Below are positions 36,552 through 49,907 of a stretch of 64,000 nt of DNA, piece by piece. The DNA lies in the NCBI GenBank assembly GCA_001643675.2, contig LSRY02000063.1, positions 186,001-250,000 of the forward strand. The letters are read 5' to 3'. The DNA comes from Monocercomonoides exilis PA203. Lineage: Eukaryota > Protista > Preaxostyla. Every line of letters starts with the position of its first letter. Position 1 is the first letter of the stretch. Position numbers and translations under genes: made by a program. The notes beneath the pieces are model-generated. The model did not search any database, was not told where the DNA came from, and saw nothing but the letters and a program-made list of their open reading frames with translations.

Positions 36552-39500
36552 TTACAAATACGAATAAATAATAGAATGTACGTTTATTATTTTTTTCATA
36601 AAGATAATATTTTGATTTCAATGTCCCATAATGAAATTATATCTTTAATGAAACTTGATTTTGCTTTGAAATTCCTATATTATTTTGATCATCCTCAATA
36701 TAATGAATAATCAATGATTTTGTCACGAACGTTTTGAGTTTTTGTTGCTCGAAAATTTTTTTCATCGATGCATAACCGAATTCAATGTGAAAGGTTAAAT
36801 GTCCCATTGTCAGAATGTTTTATTCCTTCGAAAATTCAGTCAAAGATAGCAACTTGAAAAACTCAAAGGTTTGCAAGCATTTATGAATCGAAATTCTTGA
36901 TTGTATCTTATGTATCTAAATATATGTTTATGAATTTGAACGCTGTGATGAGGAAGAGCAGAAACAGAACATTGAATGAAATGAATAAAGAACAATTCAT
37001 TTCATTTTTCACAGAAGAAGTAATCAATGAAACGTGCAAACTGATTACAGAAAAGAAGCTATCAACAGAAAATACCATTTTGCTGTTGAAGTCCATTGGA
37101 TATTGTAGTGAATTGAAAAATGCTTATAATCTGCACTTGAAGAAACTGCATTGTGCGAAAGATATGAGAATAATATAGTTGAAGAGATAAGAAAAGAAAA
37201 GAAGAATGAAAAACTTCTTTTGTTCATTGCGAATGCTTCCTTATGCCTTATCAGAGGTTTTTATCAAAATCATTTTCAATCTGTGAGCCCCATCTTCTGA
37301 AAGTTTATTCAGACAAAGAGTGAAAGATTGAAATTCTTAAAGAAGTTGAAATGAATTACTAGCATTGAGATATATTGGATGTTGTGTTCAAGCATTTCTT
37401 TCTCATTTTTGATATTTATTATTGATTTTTTTTTTTAATTCTGACTCAGAAATCTTTAAAAAGCCATATTTGAATTAGAGAATAGATATCACCGAATATT
37501 GTCAGGAGCATCCCAATCTTTCACGACTCGCCTATCAATCTGCGTGGTAGTTTTTGATAAACCAACTTCGGGTTTACAGAAGCTTGAAGGGAGAGGTTGT
37601 GAATATGCTGCATTTTGAGAGAAAGGTTGAAAGAGAATTGGATGAGTTGAAGAAATGTGTTAATTTTTGAGAAAAGAAGAAAGAGCAGGAGAAAAAGAAA
37701 CGAAAAAAGTGCTTATTATATTGAGATGGATCCAAACATTGAATTCTTATTTTTCAAAGTGCGGATTATGGAATGAATAATTCACTGAGCTTTTCAGCAG
37801 AGTTGTTCAGATGTTTCGTGCAGCTGAGAATAATTACTGAGATATTGGCAAGGAATACATTGATTTCTTTAGCGAGGCTGTGAATAACAGTGCAATGAAG
37901 TTTGAAACTTTGTTGAAGGGAGAAGCTATCGATCATTTTCGGATGAGATACAGAGTGCAACGTTGGATGACAAGATGTTATATGATGACTTTGTATTTTT
38001 TTAGAATTTTTTGAGGCAATTGAAAGGAAAGGATATTTGTGGGAGGAAGAAGCGAAAAGAAAAGTGTTGACATGGAAGGAATTTGAAAAGATAAATGAAG
38101 AAGGATCTGAAAATGTCATTCTAAATTTTAAAGGAATGAATTTTCATTTTCACATAGAAAATGATGATGAAGAGTTTTCATTTTATTTTTTTTTTTTTTT
38201 GATTTTTTGTGAATATTTCAGCAAATGATGACCATTTCATTCAATAACTTAAATTTGATATTTTTATCAACCATTTCGAAATATGGAAAATAGGAATTGA
38301 TTGGATTTTTGGATGCTTCTGTTTTTAACAACTTTGTAATAAAACGAATAAAAAAAAAAAAGAACCTTCAACTGTTCACAAAGAAGAGAGAAATGGAGAT
38401 TCTGGTTCTGTTTGATTGAAGAGTAGCTTTTCTGTTAAAACGGCCTCTTCAATTTTTCAAGCAAGCTTATGATAATTAACTGGTTAAGGGAACACCAAAA
38501 TATTCACTTCAAAAGTTTTGCTCCACGTTTTCGTGCATTTGTATAATTCCTTTTCTAAAACTGTTGGTAAATATCTGGTTTAGAAAAAATATTTCTGAAC
38601 AAGCAAGATCAATAAAGAAATTTATCTGCAAATTTTATTTCTTTCTTTGTTTTGATATGCTTTCTTGTTAAAATCACTTCCGCGGCCAGGCCTTCTGACT
38701 CATATGGGCTGAGTTGATAATAAGTTTTTGACTGAAAGAAGAGTTATAAAGATAAGATGATGATGAATGGACTCTCTGACAATATGGTTATTTACATGGC
38801 GCTGTGAAAAGAAACTGAAATATTAAACTCTGTATTTTCTGTGTTGAAAATCTATTGTTTGCTGTAATTTAAGGAATTAGATATTTCAATATCTCATGAA
38901 GAAAGTCTCTAAATCGATTCATCTTTCACAATCAAAATTGGAAACATTAAATACTTAGGATGGATCGGTTTTATTCTTTTCGCATAACAACTATCTGAGC
39001 TTTGTGCTCCATGAAAAATGAATTTTCACAAATATTGAAGCAAAGAAAATTCTTGGAATAAAAATTAATGTTTTTATATTTTATAAATAATTGTGCGAAC
39101 CTCTACGACTCTTCATTGCTTCCATAGCAAACGTGTCAAACAGATTGTTCTCTTCTGACAGAAACATTTAACTTACAGTTAAGAACAAAAATACATGAGA
39201 TATTTAAATCAAAAATTAACTGCAATTTAATAAATACCAAGTTTGTATTTCATTTCACAATATTTGCTTAGTCATATGAAACGTAATTTTGTATTATCTT
39301 ATTGTATTAGAAAATTATTGTTTGCTTTCTTTGAAAAAAGGAGAAAAAAATAGAAAAATTAAAAAGTTATGGTTGAATCCAATTTTAAACGAGAATCTTG
39401 GTAATTTTGTTATAAAATAATGGACATTTTCATTTTGGTTCTTTTTCCAACAGAATAACTTCTCTGACTTCATGTGACGTCAGTGACTGAGCGACGTCAG

Positions 39501-40322
39501 TGACTTATCAAAATTCCGATTTTGATGATCACGTCAGTGAAATTATCATAATGGAAATATTAATGAATGAATAAAAACTTTTTTATTTGATTATTCAGAA
39601 AAGAATCACAATAATATTAACTAAAAAAATTAATTTTGAACTAATATGCAACAATTACAATTTTTTTAAGGAATTGTTATCACAGACGCAAACATTTTTT
39701 TACGTCCGTCAGTATTGAAATTTTTCACGTCAGTGGTCATTACGTCACACAGGTTTAGTAACAACACACGTTGGCATGAAAGAGGCATGTCTATATGATA
39801 AGTGATTTTCAAATAATAAAAATAATAAAAATCAAAAAAATATTCTTTCTTTTTTTTCAACAAATTGTGGTTATCAAAAATTTTCGCATTTAGTCAACAT
39901 TTTTTGAAATTAGGCACAAATAACATTCGATTTCTTAATTCAAATTGTTTCAATTGTGGACGGATAAGAAGCAGTTGAATTATGTTCATTTCTTATCCGT
40001 CCACAATTGAAACAATTTGAATTAAGAAATCGAATGTTATTTGTGCCTAATTTCAAAAAATGTTGACTAAATGCGAAAATTTTTGATAACCACAATTTGT
40101 TGAAAAAAAAGAAAGAATATTTTTTTGATTTTTATTATTTTTATTATTTGAAAATCACTTATCATATAGACATGCCTCTTTCATGCCAACGTGTGTTGTT
40201 ACACATATTATTATGTATATTTTTTTCATTTTTCACAAATTTGTTTTCATCGAAATTTTTCGAAAATGTGATCATTGAAAAAGTGGTACCGGGTTAAATT
40301 CTGGTACCGGGTTAAATCCCTC
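36319..40322. mobile_element. Foldback element X' (duplicate; more complete right arm)
   Basis: Same termini as X; palindrome centred near 39980. Confidence 0.8.
36447..39757. mobile_element. hAT-like element Y1' (duplicate)
   Basis: Same TIR and GTAACAAC TSD. Confidence 0.85.
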
Positions 40323-40330
40323 ACTAAACT

Positions 40331-42701
40331 TGAGCTTTTTCGAATTGAGCACATAATTTTGATTTGACTCAATCAATTTGCATTTAGTCAATCTTATTTG
40401 ATTTGACTTAATCAAATCTGATTTGAATTGATCATTTTTTGATCTTTTTTGAAAACAATTATGAGTCAATTACGATCAAGATATTGACTTATTTTTTCAA
40501 ACTCTCTACCTTGTTGGCAGATCTTAAAAATGCAACAAGTTTGTGAATTCTTTTTTTTGATTGTTTTAAGTATTTATTGTTTATTTTCAACATCTCTTCT
40601 TCCGATTCGGATCGTAATGAACAATATGAAACGAACGTTTTCAACACGTGCAAGAGATGATCAACAGTTAAAATTTTATTTATAACTGTATTTCAGAAAA
40701 ACAAAAAGCTCTTTCGATCAAATTTTTTTTACTTTTTTGTTTTTGTTAGGTTTTTTTTTCATTTCATTTTTATTAGTATATTTTACATAGAAAACTAACA
40801 AATATATAGAAATTTTATAAATAAACACAATTTTTGTTTTTCATTCAAAAAAATAAATTCAGAATTGGAAATATTAATTATTAGTGATTATTAAAAATAT
40901 GAGATGGTTGCATAAAGAAGTCAAAGAAAAATTAAATGATATTCACTTTTTATTCAGTAACAATTGGAGAACAGATGGGGGTTTATTTTGTTTTGAATCA
41001 GCAGAAGATGAAGAAGAAGCAGTAGATGAAGATGATGATGAAAAGGAAGAAGAAGGTTGTGTTTGTGTAAATGAAGGAAAAGGCTGAGTTGAAGATGGAG
41101 AAAAAATACTTATCGACATTTATTGCTGCGGAAGGTGCCAAGCTTGTGAATTATCACAATTTTGATTTTCATCAAAATCTTTTCTTTCTTTTTGCAAAAC
41201 CTGTTCCCTTTGCTCGCTTCTTTGTTCTAAAACTTCGCAGTTCGCTCTTTCTCTTCTTTCTTTCGTTTTTTCTGCTTCGTACGCACTTAGATCATCATCA
41301 GAAGCATCTAAAATAAAAAAATATGGTAAAATGATGTTTATAAAAATGAAAAAATAGTAAAAGAAAATAAAAAATAATGGTAAAAAAGTGAAAGATAAGC
41401 CTCCTGTTTCTGCCAAAATTGTAGTTATTGTGGGTGTCAGGGTATTTTCTGGATTGAGTTTATTTTTCATTTTGGCGAAATATCTAGCATTAGCCACCTT
41501 CTTTGCATCAACTTTTCTCAAGTAATTCGAATATAGCTCCTCCAAAAACAATGTATTTGCTTCAAAATCCTTATTTGTGAGTGGATTGTGCAAGATATGA
41601 AAGTTTGTGAGGCAGCAAGCCACTGAAAAATAATCCCCAACACGCTCCATTTCAAAAACCCACGGATGACGGAAGACAGAAAAGAGAGTTTTGAGTCTTC
41701 CAAAGAATCTTTCAACAATAACACGATGAGATGCAAGCTCAGGAGTTCCAACGGGCTTTGTAATAATCGCCCCAAGCTCTGGTTTCGCTCCTATGTAAGC
41801 GGAATCGGCCAAAATCTTTGCTCCTCCAAGCTTTTGAACAAATGTGGGGTAATGTTCTTTGAAAATAGTGAAATCGTGAGTTGACCCAGAGTAGATAGAA
41901 CTGATTGTACTTGCTGTCCCCACCTTGGGGTTCACTCCCACCTCCGCCTTGACACAATAGATGTGATGCTTCCCTGAGTAGTATTTTTTTCCAAACTCCA
42001 ACCTCCCTCCAGGCCTGTTTGTAGGTATTACTGTGCAGTCAAGCACAATTCCCACCTCCTTCATTTGCTCCAAACGATCTGGACGAAATGAAAGAAAAAG
42101 ATCTGCAAGTTGAGATTTTAAATTTGATGCTGTTGAATGAAGAAGTCGAACTGTTGATGTTTGAGATTCGTGTTTTGATTGAGATATGACGTGAGTTAAA
42201 GAAATAGAGCCATGGTGAAGAAAAACTAACAAAAGAAAAAGTTGTTCATCCAAAGATTCGATTGATTTTGCCCTTCCACGATGAGGTTGTGCTGATGATG
42301 AGAGAAGACGAAGAAGCAAGTCGAATTCATAACGAACAAACCCAGTCAGTCGGTGAAAACCGAAAGATGGGTCAGTAAATTTTTTGCAAAATTTATCAAT
42401 GATTGATTGCTGATCATCATCAGATTTAATCTCAATATGAGATGGCATCACATTTCTTTTTCCACGCTCGTTAAAATATCGAAAAATGGAGATTGAGACA
42501 TGAATAATGAAGTTGAAAAAAAGTTAAATACAAAAATGCCCATTAATAACAATTATTATCGATCATATTCGCACCCACAATTATAGTAATTTGCATTGAC
42601 TCAATCAAATCGATTTGTCTCGATCTAATTTGAATTATATTAAACTTATCTGCTTTAGTAAAGGCAAATAATATATGACTTGTTCAAATCGCATAAGTTC
42701 T
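40331..42701 (-). mobile_element. PHIS transposon E4' (duplicate)
   Basis: ACT|TGAGCTT ... AAGTTCT|ACT. Confidence 0.8.
40943..42501 (-). CDS. DDE_Tnp_4-like transposase (E4'); catalytic core open, 5' homopolymer frameshift, exon-2 premature stop at 41120
   Basis: ORF 41120-42451 with full triad. Confidence 0.7.
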
Positions 42702-45209
42702 ACTTAAACGAATTGAGCGGGTCAATTCGAATTGATAAAGTCAAAACGTTTTTTGTTTATTTAAACGATTTTGAATCTGTCAATTCGGTTTTATATTTAT
42801 TTTTGATCACTGTTTTTTTATTTTTATTATGGAAACATTTTGATCCGATTTTTTAACATGTTTCATGAAACTTAATGTTTAGAAAAAATTGACTGAAAAA
42901 CGTAACGGTGTGTGTTTTGTTATTAATTATTTTTAAGATTGTGCATGGTTTTTTTTTCGATCAAACAATATTATTATGATTCTAAAATTTTTGTACAAAA
43001 TGTGTTTCAAGCCATATCTTGAAGCGATCTGCATTGCAAGTGAGGTTCGGACAGTCAGGAGTTTCATCACAAAGATGAAGCGATTGTTTTTTTCGCGTCC
43101 CGATTTCCTTTTCACTTTTTTATTCTAATTTTTAATTTCCTTGACTCAACATTGAAAAAATAGGTGATCAGCTTTTTTTTTTTTTGAATATTTTTAAAAA
43201 ATCTTTCAACAATTTAAAAAATAAAATATTCGTAATTTAAAAAAGCTACTGTTTAATATTTTTGAAAAGTGAATTGATATTATAGAAAAATTTGTTAAGA
43301 ATATTATAAGATAATTACTTCTGGCTTAGCAGTGATTGCAAGGGACTTGAATTTGTGTTCTTTTTTGATGATCCTGCTTTTTCTGATATATTTGAAGATG
43401 TTCTGCATAAAGTTGAAGATGAGGAAGCGGTTTGAGAATTTAGAAAATATAAAGAGTCTGAAACATTTAAACTTTCATTTTGAGAAAGAAGAATTGATGA
43501 AGATAATTGATCAAAACAGGAAAATGAAGAAACTCGGGAAGAAGATGAAAAGGAAGATGAAGAAGATGAAGATGGGGAAGAAAAAACAGGAAAAGGTTGA
43601 GAAGATGTTTGAGTAAATAAATTGGTTGACTTCCATTGATTCGGAAGAAACCAAGCCTGAGAATTGTCAGATATCAGACCTTGTTCATCAGAAATGCATC
43701 TTTCTCGTTCAAGCGCTTCAATTCTTTTATTATTCCTTTGATCTTGAATTGTCTCAATTTCTTTCTCTCTTCTCTGCTTTGCTTTTTCAGCTAATAATGT
43801 TCTGTGATCACTATCTAAATCATATAAAAAATAAAAATATGGAAAAATGAAGAAGAAAAAAAGTCACTAAAAATAAACAATAATGGTATTAAAATGAAAA
43901 ATAAGCCTCCTAAATATGCTAATAATGAAGAAATTGTGGGTGTAGGTGATTCTGTTGGATTCAGTCTATTTTTCATTTTTGATAAGTATCTCTCGTTTGT
44001 AATCTTTCTGGCTTCTATTTTTCTCATGTGACTCGCATAAAGCTCCTCCAAAAACAATGTATTTGCTTCTGCGTCTTTCTTTGTGAGTGGATTTTGTAAT
44101 ATATGAAAGTTAGTGAGGCAGCATGCTACGCAAAAATAGTCTGCAACCTTCACGACATCAAATAACCAAGGTTTTCTGAAGACTGTGAAGAGTGTTTTGA
44201 GTCTTCCGAAAAATCTTTCCACGATAACGCGATGTGTGGCCAATTCTGGAGTTCCCACGGGCTTTGTGATGATGGCTTCAAGCTCTGGTTTTGCTCCAAT
44301 GTAAGCAGAATCAGCTAAAATCTTTGCTCCTCCCAGCCAATGCTCGAATGTCGGGTAGTGCTCTTTGAAAATAGTGAAATCATGTGTCGAACCAGTGTAG
44401 ATGGAGCTAATCGTACTTGCTGTTCCCACCTTGGGGTTCACTCCCACCTCCGCTTTGACACAGCATATATGATGCTTTCCTGAATAGTATTTTTTTCCAT
44501 ATTCCAGCTTTCCTCCCGGTCTGTTTGTTGGTATGACAGTGCAATCAACAACAATTCCCACATCTTTCAACTCCTCCAAACGATCAGGACGAAAAGATAG
44601 AAAAAGTTCTGTCAGTTGATGTTTGATAGATGTTGCTGTTGAGTGCAACAAACGAACAACCGCACTTTGTGTTTCATATTTGGATTTCGCCAGCAACAAT
44701 GTCATTGTGAGTGAGCCATGATGAAGAAAATTTATTAGTAAGAAAAGTTGCTCCTCCAAAGAGTCAATTGCTTTGACCTTTCCACGATGAGGAAAAGCAT
44801 TATCAGAAAGAAGCTGAGAAAGAAGATCAAATTCTGAACGACTAAATCCAGTCAATCTGAAAAATCCAGTTGACTTATCCAAAAATTTCGAACAAGCTAT
44901 TTCGATGATTGTTGTGTTTTTTTCTTCTTTTGTTGCATGAATATGTGTCGGAATGACATTCCTTTTTTCCACACATTTCAGAACATCCATAAAAATGTCT
45001 TGAGACATCAGTTCACTCTTTTCAAAACGTCAAAAACAATGCAACCCTTTATTTATATTTATCAAATGATCAAAAATGCACCCATGATTTAATATAAAAG
45101 TGTTGACTTTGTAAAAACCGTTTTTTATTTATAATATTTGTTTTATGTTCGTTTAAATGGTATTGGATTTATCTAACACCAAATGACTAAATAAAATAGT
45201 TTTAGTTCT
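42702..45209 (-). mobile_element. PHIS transposon E7 (left TIR split by the E4 insertion)
   Basis: Begins ACTT-aaacgaattgagcggg, lacking AGA; ends TAGTTCT|ACT. Confidence 0.8.
43315..45008 (-). CDS. DDE_Tnp_4-like transposase, 2 exons (E7), apparently intact
   Basis: ORF 43815-45008 with triad; short intron; exon 2 ends PLQSLLSQK*. Confidence 0.85.
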
Positions 45210-45215
45210 ACTAAT

Positions 45216-47571
45216 AGACCTTAAACGAATTGAGCGGGTCAATTCGAATTGACAAAGTCAAAACGTTTTTTGTTTGTTTTATTGGTTTTGACTCAATCAA
45301 TTCGGTTTTCCCTCAATCTTATTTGTGATCAAAAATACAAAAATTATATATCAATTTTGATCATTATTCTGTTGTTTTTGATGTTTCACTTTGTATGAAA
45401 CATTTTGAAATTATTTACAACATAGATAAACAATAATATTTTCATTCTCATCCATTTTCAGGTGAAATATAATGTTTTGACTTCATTTGTTCTGTTCAGT
45501 AATAATGTCAGTTTTTTCGTTGGTTTCTAAGATATATGAAGTGATCGCAATAACTGCGAAGGATTAACAATGTTTTCTTTATAATCTTTCGAATTATTAA
45601 CAGTAAACATTCGTTTAATTATTAATCACAAAAAAATGATTGTTTTTTTGTTTTTCATTATCATTTCACTAAGATTTTCTATGAAAAACAACGGATCACC
45701 AATTTTTTTTTGTTTATTTTATTTGATTTTCACTCAGAAATATTAGAAAAATCAAATGTTTAATATTTCAATTATATTATTATTATACTGGAATGAATGA
45801 GAAAAAATTGGCATGTGTTTGATAAAATTAGCATTTCAATGTTTGTTGCTTAACAAATTTTGAAGGGGTGATTGAGTCTGGTTTCCTTTTGATGAAGAAG
45901 AAGAGGAGGAGGAGGAAGCTGATGAAGAGGAAGATGGAAATTCAGGAAATTGTTGTATTGTTGGATTGAAAAACGATTTCACTGATTTCCATTGATTTGG
46001 CAACAGCCAAGACAGTGAATTATCTCTGGTCTGCGAAGAAGTTCGATCTTGTTCCCGTTGTTTTTCAATGGAAATTGATCTTTGCTGTTCTCTTTATGTC
46101 GAAATTCTCTCTTGCTCAATTTTTCTTCTCTCTTCTGCTAATTCGGCTGAAGTTGCACTCGAGTGATTATCTGAAATACCAAAAAATATTATGGAAAAAT
46201 GTTTAATAAAAAATTAGTAAAAAACAATCATTGAAAGTTAGAATGGGTTAAAATGTGAAAAATAAACTTGGCGTTTCTGCTAATAAAGATGTTATTGTGG
46301 GTGTAAGTGAATCTCTGGGGTTGAGTTTATTCTTTAATTTTGCGATATATCTCTCGTTGGCAATGCTCTTTGCTTCTTGCTTTCGAATATATTCCCTTTT
46401 CAAAGCATCCAAAAACCTTGAATTCGCTTCTGAATCTTCTGCTGTTAAAGGATTTTGCAAAATGTGGAAGTTTGTGAGGCAACACGCGACTGAGAAATAG
46501 TCTGACACCTTCTCAACTTCAAATATTCTTGGTCTTCGAAAGATTGAAAACAGAGTTTTCAATCGACCAAAGAATCTTTCCACAATAACTCTGTGTGTAG
46601 CCAGCTCGGGTGTTCCAACAGGCTTGGTGATAATTGCATCGAGATCTGGGCGAGCTCCGATGTAGGCTGAGTCGGCAAGAATCTTCGATCCACCTAGCTT
46701 TGGGAGAAATTGGGGGTAGTGGTCTTTGAATATTGCAAAATCGTGAGTTTATCCCGTGTAAATTGAACTTATCGTGCTTGCAGTCCCGATCCTGGGATTA
46801 ACCCCAACTTCAGCTTTTTCACAGTTCATGTGATGCTTTCCGCTGAAGTACTTTTTCCCGAATTCCAGCCTTCCTCCTGGCCTATTCGTGGGAATGACGG
46901 TGCAGTCGACTACGAGGCCAACTTCCTTCATCGATTCGATTCTGTCACGACGAAATGACAGAAACAAATCAGCCAATGATGCTTTCAGATGAGAAGTTGT
47001 TGAGTGAAGTAGTCGAATTGTCGCACTTTGTGAATCGAGTTTTGGTGATGCAATGGTGTGTGTTAAAGTGCAGGAGCCTTGATGAAGAACATTCAATAAA
47101 AGAAAAAGTTGTTCTTCCAACGTGTCTATGGATTTTGTTTTTCCTCGACGAGGAAGAGCATCGTCAGGAAGAAGATGAAGAAGGAAGTCGAACTCTGAAC
47201 GAACGAATCCGGTTAACCGAAAGAAGGCACGAGAAGGATCGTTCACTCGTTTACACGCAATATCGATTATAGAAGGGTGATCATCAGTTTTTGTTGATTC
47301 GAAGTGTTCTGGAATAGCGTTTCTTTTTTCCACGCTTTCCAGAATTTCCAAGAATGATTCTTGTGACATCTAAAAAATTTTTTCAATAACAATTAAATGC
47401 ATCAAACCCATTTTTTGAAAATATCTTGAAAAAGATCACAAACCCAGAATTGGTATAATTGGTCATGACTTAATCAAATCGGTTTTAAGTCGATCTTTTT
47501 GGTATTGAATTCCACTTTTTGGCATTAGTCAAAACCAATACTGCATGACTAAGTGATATCGTTTAAGGTCT
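45216..47571 (-). mobile_element. PHIS transposon E8
   Basis: AAT|AGACCTT ... AAGGTCT|ACT; both TIRs co-vary (AGACCTT/AAGGTCT). Confidence 0.85.
45836..47369 (-). pseudogene. DDE_Tnp_4-like transposase (E8) with in-frame TAA at 46749
   Basis: GSTHD motif reads G*THD; ORFs 46749-47369 and 46248-46583 share a frame; exon 2 ends PLQNLLSNKH*. Confidence 0.8.
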
Positions 47572-49907
47572 ACTTGTTCGAATTTTTCCAGCCGCACCAA
47601 ACTGATTGAGTCACAGCGTATTATATTTATCTTATTGAATGTTATTCAATCAAAACGGAACTTTTTCGCTCTCAAAGTGGGCAAAGCGAGGAATTTCAAT
47701 TTTTTTTTTGTTTTGTAAGTTATGATCTAAACTTTTTTTGTTTATTAAATTACTTCACCATTATTTTGAGTTAGGTTTTAACATTTTGTTTATATGTTTG
47801 TTATATATTAAAAAACTTTTAATGATCAGTTTTTTGAGTTTTGTTTTTTTTTTTGTACAGCACATTTATATCATGTTTTTATGTAATTTTAACGAGTATT
47901 AATAACTTTTAACCATTTTTAACTATATTTTTTATATGTTTAGTATAAATATGAAAGTTCTTAATGTTTTAATAATATTTTTTTATCAATTCAGACATTT
48001 CTCATTTTAATTTTTTGTTTTAAGTATTAACAATGAAATAAAGTTATTCGATAAAAATTTCTTGTATTCTTATATATGTTTTATGTAAAATTAAACAAAA
48101 AAACTTATCAATAATAAAATCATATTGTATTTAGATAAAAAGGTATCCAAGGTGAATTGAAAAATATAAAATAACAAAGAAACTCAGTGTTTTGCGTTCA
48201 ATAAGCTCTGTAAAGGAGTTTCGCTGACTCTTTTTTCTTTTATTGAAGCACTAGAGGAAGAAGCAGAAGGAAAGGAAGACAATGATGAGGATTGCTGAAG
48301 GCGAAGAGATCTCCACTGATTGGGAAGAAACCAAGCCTGTGATTAATCACATCTTTCCATTTCTTCTTCCATTTCGTCTCTTTCATTTATTATTATTTCA
48401 TCTTTTCTTTCTTTTTCTTCGACAGAAATTTTCCTTTTCTTATCCTTTTCCTCTTTTTCCTCTTTTTCTCCCTTTTCTTCTTCATTTTCTGACTGTTGGT
48501 CATGAGAATCGCCTATAAAACATAGTTATGGTTATATTCATATAAAATCAAGTGTTTTTAACATTATAAACATTAATATGGGCAAAAAAATAAAATCATA
48601 CTAATTTCTTCAGCAAGCAAAGATGTGACGCTGGGAGTCAATGGCGAGTCAGGATTCAGGCGGTTTTTCAGTTTTGCTCTGTATTTTTCGTTTGTAACTC
48701 TTCTTGCTCTTTGTCTATTTAAAAAGTGTATATGCAAGTCGTTGACAAACCTTTCATTGGCTTCAGAATCCTTTGCAGTCAGCGGATTGTGCCGAATATG
48801 AAAATTGACCAAGCAGCACGCAACAGAAAAGTAACTTCCCACTCTAAAGACTTCAAAAGGCCAAGGATGGCGAAAGACAGCGAAAAGCGTCTTCAATCTT
48901 CCAAAGAAGCGCTCAACGATTACACGGCGAGAAGCGAGGTGTGGAGTTCCGACTGGTTTGGATATAATAGCGTCAATTTCAGCTCTTGCGCCAATGTAAG
49001 CGGAGTCTGCGAGCACTTTTGAGCCTCCTAGAAGAGCCTGAAATTGAGGGTAATGATCCTTAAAGATGTTAAAATCATGTGTGCTGCCTGTATTCACCGA
49101 ACTGAGCGTGCATGCTGTGCCAATGCGAGGGTTGACTCCAACTTCTATTTTTACGCAGTATATGTGGTGCTTCCCACTGTAATACTTCTCGCCAAATTCC
49201 AAACGTCCAGCAGGCCGGTTAATAGGGATGACTGTGCAATCCACAACCACTCCAACATCTTTCATGTCATCTAACCTATCTGGCCGAAATGTTAACAGCA
49301 AATCAGCCAATGGTAATTTTAAATCATTCACAACACTATGAAGAAGTCGAATTAAAGCATTTTGTGTTTTGTAAAAAGAAGAAGCAATAAAATGAGTGAA
49401 TGTTGTTGATCCAAGGTGCAAAAATGAAAGAAGCAAAAAAACTTGATCCTCAAAATTACTCAAAGCTCTCTCTTTTCCTCTGTGATATGGAATTTCCTTT
49501 TGAAGAAGTTTCAGAAGCAGGTCAAATTCACAACGGGAAAATCCTGTAAGTCTGAAAAATGCCTTTGTTTTATCTCCTTCAACTTTTTTGCATGCGATTT
49601 TTATCAACGACTCTTTCTCCTCTGATTCCTTGAGTTGTATTGGCTCAGAAATCCGATTTCTTTTCTCCACTTGAGTCAAAATGCTCATAAATGTTGACTG
49701 AGACATTTAAAAAAATATTTCAAAAAATGATAACAACAGATCAACCCTTTATTATTATAATAATTGTGTGATCACACCACCCAGTATCGAAATCATCGGT
49801 TGTGACTCAGTCACATTGCATTTGTTAAGTCTAAATTGTTTTATATCTATCTTTATAAACCTTAACACATCTAATTCTATATGAGTAAATAAATTCGTAC
49901 AAGTTCT
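47572..49907 (-). mobile_element. PHIS transposon E9 (left TIR lacking AGA)
   Basis: Begins ACTT-gttcgaattttt (compare the E2 left end); ends AAGTTCT|ACT. Confidence 0.8.
48184..49706 (-). CDS. DDE_Tnp_4-like transposase, 2 exons (E9)
   Basis: ORF 48573-49706 with triad; exon 2 has WFLPNQWRS...PLQSLLNAKH*. Confidence 0.8.

Larger units (their letters stand above)
10574..43239. repeat. Near-identical tandem duplication of ~16 kb (10574-26588 and 26589-43239)
   Basis: The ORF track repeats with a 16.0-16.65 kb offset. Copies differ mainly in homopolymer indels, TCT/TCC tract length and one palindrome arm. Confidence 0.9.

Noticed and set aside
24460-46760. TAA/TAG reassignment to Gln, as in some oxymonads, to explain in-frame stops in E4 and E8
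   Set aside because: The stops fall at conserved Trp and Ser positions, not Gln, and intact genes end in TAA at positions where paralogs use TGA.
5982-49706. Domesticated HARBI1-like tandem host gene family
   Set aside because: Each gene sits in its own unit with TIRs, subterminal motifs and A-N-T junctions, and some are pseudogenized, so these are transposons.
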